Of a stretch of DNA of 64,000 nucleotides, positions 57,901 through 63,900 are shown in pieces. The notes under the pieces are model-generated. The model was given only the letters and a program-made list of their open reading frames with translations, was not told the origin of the DNA and did no database searches. The DNA is from Amoebophrya sp. A120 (lineage: Eukaryota > Protista > Dinoflagellata), in the NCBI GenBank assembly GCA_905178155.1, contig CAJINV010000004.1, positions 466,969-530,968 of the forward strand, given 5' to 3'. Both the position numbers and the translations under genes were made by a program. How positions within the stretch are numbered: the first letter of the stretch is position 1; each line of letters begins with the position of its first letter.

Positions 57901-60900
57901 CAGCATCACAAATTACATTTGTCACGCTGACCGAATTTGTAATGCGATTTCTACTTGTACGATGCTTTTGCAATGCATAGAGAATTTGATGATCTTATCT
58001 TCCACGAATCAAACAACAGTTGCGGCTGCGAACACTTCCAGTTCGTCTGTCTTGATGCTGGTGCAGGTGGCGAAGAAGAAGGGGAAACTGGTGCTGCAAC
58101 TGGTCTTCAACTTCAAGATCTACGCGGACACACCGACGCTGAACATCGTGGACTCGGTTTGGCTCGACGCTGGCTTGTCTGTGAACCAGGTTTCGAGCTT
58201 GAAGTACGAAATCACCGAAAGTGTAAACAACGCGGGGATCCAAGGGGTCCAGGTGGGGCAGATTTCCTCGGTTGCGGCCCCCACGACGAGCACAACGTAT
58301 GACAGTGGACAACTCCCCCTCCCTCTCATTTCTCATGCGAAATACCCAATCCACTCTTTGCCTCCTGGCACTGTTTGCGTGACAAGTTCTGGCAGCCCAA
58401 AGAGGACTACACTCCATTGCCAACCTGTCATGCAAAGCCGGCATTCTTGCTGATGCTTGTATTGCCGTTCATGCAATACAAATGAGGGGGAGCAGGGGGA
58501 TTAGTTGTGCACTGTCATACAACGAGCACGAGTACGACAAGTACCACGAGCACCACAACGACCACAACGGGCTTCCGGATTCGGCAGTTCGACATTGAAT
58601 TCACCGTGAACTTGACTGTCCATCCGAACAAGGAGGACTTGCTTTCGAACATCAAACTGCTCAAAGCATTATCTGAGGCCAGTGTCTATGCATTGCAAAT
58701 GTGTCTGGGTCTGGAAGGTTGCAACTTGTGACGCGCATTTCACAATACAGACAAATCTCTCATGCATAGGCAGCAAGAGACGTCCACTTTCTGTTACCAA
58801 AGTGGTGAATTTATCATGCGGAGTAAGCAATGCGGAAGCTTCTCGAAATCTGTGATGCTTGAGCTTCTATGACAGACATTCTGTGTCATGCAAAAGCAGC
58901 ATGACTCTTCCAGACCCAGACATCTTTGCAATGCATAGTGTCAACTACTTGAACGCCAATGGGTTTGACAACAGCACGGGGACGGGAAAGCTGATCAACC
59001 AAACGCTGGTGCAGATCGCCAACGCTTCGGCCGCCGCGATGGACCCGTTCTTGCAGACGACGGCAAAATTCGCCATTGTCGGTGACAATCAGACGGTGAT
59101 GTCTGTCGATGCAGCGTGGTCGCCGGGGGTTCTAAACGTGAACCAGACGAAGGATCTCGTCAACGCGGTGAACGCAACCGTGATTGTCGCGAACATCGCG
59201 GGTGTGAAAGTTGGGAAAGTCATTCCAAAAGCGGCCCCGACGACCACGACGACGAGCACCACGCCTGCAGAGACGACGACCACCACTTCGACCACAACAA
59301 CCACTTTGGGTCTGTACTACCGGCAGTTTGTGATCGACCTGACTATAGACGATAGTATCAACAAGACGGAGCTAGCGTCGGACCCGAATTTGCTGACCGC
59401 GTTCAGCCAGGCGAGTTGGGACTTCCTGATCGCGCAGGGCATGACAAATCTCGCCTACGCCCAGATTGAAAAGCAGTCGATCACGATTGTTTCCCAGTCG
59501 GGCAACTACACGACGAACACGTCTGCCGTGATTCTGTTGGAGTTATCCACCAAGCGGGTCAGGAGAGAATTTGTGGAAGTGGTTTCCAGCTTCGCGATTC
59601 GGGGAGACGCGACGCTGAAGCAGGAGCTGGACACGTACTGGAATCCGGTGACACTTTCTTCGAACGAGACGGATACTTTGCAGCAACTGCTCGATGACGC
59701 GGTTTACCTTGCGGGAATTGCGGGCGTGCAAGTAGGACAAATCACCCCGTTGCCCGCGCCGACGACGACCACAACCACGACAACCTCTACGACGACCACC
59801 ACCACGACGACGACGTTGGCGACAGAGACGAGAATCTTTGACATCGACTTCACGGTCGACCCCGGGGTGGATAAAGCTGCGCTACTGTCGAACAGCTCCG
59901 ACTTGCCACAGGCGGTGGCGCAGGGTGCGTTGGACTTTCTCACGGCTGCCGGATTTGTGAATTCCACCGGTGGTGCGGCGGAAGCAGCGGGCTTCGAGTT
60001 GTTACCGTTGAACAACAGCGCCGCTAGCAGTTCGGCGTACCTGGAGACGCAGGGAACGTTGAAATTGAAGGGAGACCCGACTGCGGTTAGTTCTATCGAA
60101 AGCTCCTGGACCGAGCCTCTGTCCGATACACAAACCAAACAGCTCCTTTTATCCTGAGTAAAAACGTACCCACACCAGAGTCAGGATGGGGATTTTGCAA
60201 CACAAACCTAGGGGTTTTGTGAGTCACGCATGACAAGTTGCAGGCTGTATTGTAGTGCAGTTTAGCAAGGGAAGCCGCATAACAAATCCACCTCCTCATC
60301 CTGTTCACAGCATCACAAATTCCAAAACACGATTGGAAATTGCTCTCATGGGGATGCGCATTACAAGTCTTCCTGTCTTTGCAAATCTGCATTACAACTC
60401 TGGTGTGGGTACGTTTTTACTCACGATACCTTTCCGCGATCAACGACACTGTGATAGCTTCCAACATTCCTATGGCGATCTCAACTGTTACATTCTCAAC
60501 TGTTACATGAACTTGTGATGCAAGAACTGGAAAAGTGCAAGGGGGAAGGTTGCACCTGTAGCATTACAAATTCCGCACAGATTTAAGTGCGGTTTGGGCC
60601 TTCGCAAATTTGTCATGCGGAGCAGCTTGATCGTGAGGATGATGATGCTGCTTTTGCATGACAAATTCATGTAACAGTTGAGAATGTAACAATTGAGAAT
60701 CCCATAATTCCTGGCGTGAAAGTCGGCCGGGTGGTGCCCAAAACGACGACCACCACAACGACATCCACCACCACGACCACGACGACTTTCGGTCTGTATC
60801 TCCGGCAGTTCGACATGGATTTAACGATCGACGACACCATCATCACCGACCAGAACGCCGTGCTCACCGATCCGGACGTTTTGAATGGGTTGATGACGGG

Positions 60901-63900
60901 TACGAAAAATTACCTGGTGAACGCGGGTCTAAACATCACGCTCGCGGACATCGAGGACCAGAAGTTAGAGCTCGCCACGAACAGTACCGGCACGCCCTAC
61001 GTCATGCTTTTGCATTTAGTTGCGAAAGCAAAGAAGGCGCATGCTGGTCGGAGGCAGCAGAAAGGGTTGCTCGAAGTCGTTTCCTCTTTCGGCGTCCGCG
61101 GGGACAACGCGACTAGGGACGGATTGAATACCTTGTGGGACCCGAGCGGGTTGTCGGTGAATCAATTACTGATTCTGAAAGACGCTCTGAACACTTCCTT
61201 CACGACACTGCAAATCCCGGGAGTTGTCATCGGAAAAATCGCGTCCATGCCGCAGCCGACAACCACAACGACGACCACCACGTCTATCCACAGCAAATTT
61301 TGTTCCGCACATGACTTTCCAGGGGCGCTGCTGCACGATCACAGAGCTCCTCTCTAACTCTATTTGGCATGACAAACTATCGGCTTGTTTCCATCGATTG
61401 GGACGATTTGTGATGCATTTTGCACATGTGCGGTACAGTTTGTGTTGCATAGCATCGATTGCAAGCAGGACGTTCAACATCGACTTTACGGTGTCAAAGA
61501 TTTTGATTCCGAATTCCGAAAACATCGTTAACTACCCGACTCTGATGGACGCGTTGTCGCAGGGTGTGGAAAAATACATGGAGGACGCGGGGGTGAATGA
61601 AACCTTCGCGGTGGAAAACATGACGCTGAACGTTACTTCTGTCACGAGCGGTGCCATGTCGAACACGGTGGCGACGAAAGCCGACTTCATCTTCGAAGCT
61701 GGCTCTGACACCGGTTTCGCCCAGATCGACTCCGTTTGGGCGGCGCAGTCGACCTTCGACCAGAACGAGACGGACAAACTCCTGGACGCCATCAAGCCGG
61801 AGGTTGCCGTCGCGGCGAACTGCGCCGGCATCACCGTCGGCTCTGTCGCGCCGGTGCCGCAGCCGACGACCACCACAACCACAACGACGACGACCACCAC
61901 AACAACCACGACGCTGCCGCTGATTCATCGAGAATTGGACCTGGATTTCACAGTGAAAAACGGCGTCAATATCACCGCTCTGCCGGAAAACGAAAACCTC
62001 GTCACTGCGTTATCCCAGGGAACCTGGAGCTTCCTGATTGCGGGGAACATGACAGGATTGCCCTTCGACCAGATCGAAAATGACGAATTCAAAGTGCAGT
62101 CGGTGGGGAACACCACCGCGGCAGAGACGATTGTTTCTATCATGTGGCGGTTCGGGGTCCGGTGTGATAGTGCTATGCAAGTCAAATTCGACCAGGCCTG
62201 GAACCCGGTGGGGTTGACGGCGAACGAGACGGCCTCTTACACGAAAAGGCTGAACGCGACGGTGTTCAATGCGGGGATTCAGGGCGTGCAAGTGGGGAAG
62301 ATCACGGCCGTCGCCGTCCCGCCCACAACAAGCACGACCACCACGACCACTATCACGCTTGGGGAGGTCGTTCGGGCGTTTGACTTGGATTTCACGGTGG
62401 ATTCGAACATCATCAGCGACAAAAACGACTTGCTGACCAACCAGGTCTTGCTCGATGCGCTGGCGAAGGGGTCCGCGGACTTCTTGAACAGCAACAACCT
62501 GGTGAACACCAGTGGCCTCGCGGAAATCCGGAACCAAACTTTGACCCTCCGCGCAGGCGCGAGTCAGAGTGGGGACTACCTCGAAACGGTGTCGCAGTTC
62601 ACCCTAGCGGGGGACAGCGCCACTCTCGGGTCGATGCCGGGCGCTTGGCCAGCGGGGACGCTGACGACCGCGTTGACCGAAGCGCTGCAACAAGCGATCA
62701 ACGCGACCGTGATTGCGGCGAACATTGCTGGCGTGAAGGTGGGGAAAATCGCGCCGCTACCGGCGCCGACCACGACCACCACGACGACGACGACAAGCAC
62801 CAGCACCACTACAACGACCACGACCACCACGACAGAAGCGTTAGCCCTCCGCGAGTTCGAGCTGAAGTTAACGGTTGACGACAGCTTGGATATCGACGAA
62901 ACCTTGAAGAACACCACGTTAGTTACTGCGGTCGCGAAAGGGTCGCTGGCATTCTTGGTGAACGCGGGGATGACGGAATTGAATTTCACCCAGATCGAGA
63001 ACCAAACGCTGACTTTGAAAACCGCGAATCCATTCTTGCTCCTAGAAAACGGCCACAGGGTTTCGAAGAAGGCCGTCTACGATGTTGTCTCGAAGTTCGG
63101 TGTGCGGGGTGACAGCCCAACGCTGACCGCCTTGGACATTGCGTGGGACCCGCAGGGGCTGAACAGTACAGAGTTGACGGATCTTTCCGACCGGATCAAA
63201 ACCGCGGTTCTTAACGCCGGGGTCTCCGGGGTGCAAGTCGGGGACATCACGCCCCTGCCTGCGCCGACGACCACCACGACCACAACCACGACAACCACCA
63301 GTACGACCACGACGACAACCACGATCGGAATCGCTTACCGCGAGTTCGATCTGGACTTCACGGTCGACTCGAACGTGATTGCGGACAAGAACACGCTCTT
63401 AACCGACCCGCAATTATTAGACGCGATTTCCGAGGGTAGTTTGGAGTTTATGAAGGCCAACGGGTTGGTGGTCACGACGGCGAACAACGGGTACAGTGCG
63501 CAGATCGAAAACCAAACTCTGAGCCTGAATCCGAGTTCCAGCAATACTATCGCTGGCTATCTGGAAACGGTGTCCAAGTTCGGCCTTCGTGGTGGGAACG
63601 ATTCGATTGCGAGTATGCCGACCGCCTGGCCGGAGCAGACGTTATCGGATGCGCAATTGGAGGAGTTGTCGAAAAAGATCAACGAGTCCATGATCGCCGC
63701 CAACATTGCCGGGGTGCAACTCGGCAAGATCGCGCCAAAACCCGCACCGACGACGACAACAACGACGACGACCACCACGTCGACCACCACGACGACCACG
63801 ACCACTTTCGGCATCGCGGAGAGGATTTTCGATCTCGATTTCACGATCGACTCCGCGCAAATCCCCGACAAGACCGCGCTGTTGACAAACCAAAACCTGA

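Noticed and set aside
5939-57979. Element lengths near 150 bp as a nucleosome-size signal
   Set aside because: Lengths are family-specific (148-359 bp); the sample is too small to support it.
910-58937. Recurrent peptides such as MSGSGRLQLVML, FQTQTLL and LPDPD in the ORF track as a protein family
   Set aside because: They are translations of family A TIRs, not coding sequence.
12187-63871. Many minus-strand ORFs rich in poly-Val (e.g. 12187..14130, 647 aa)
   Set aside because: Antisense shadows of the ACN-rich + strand frame; no independent protein features.
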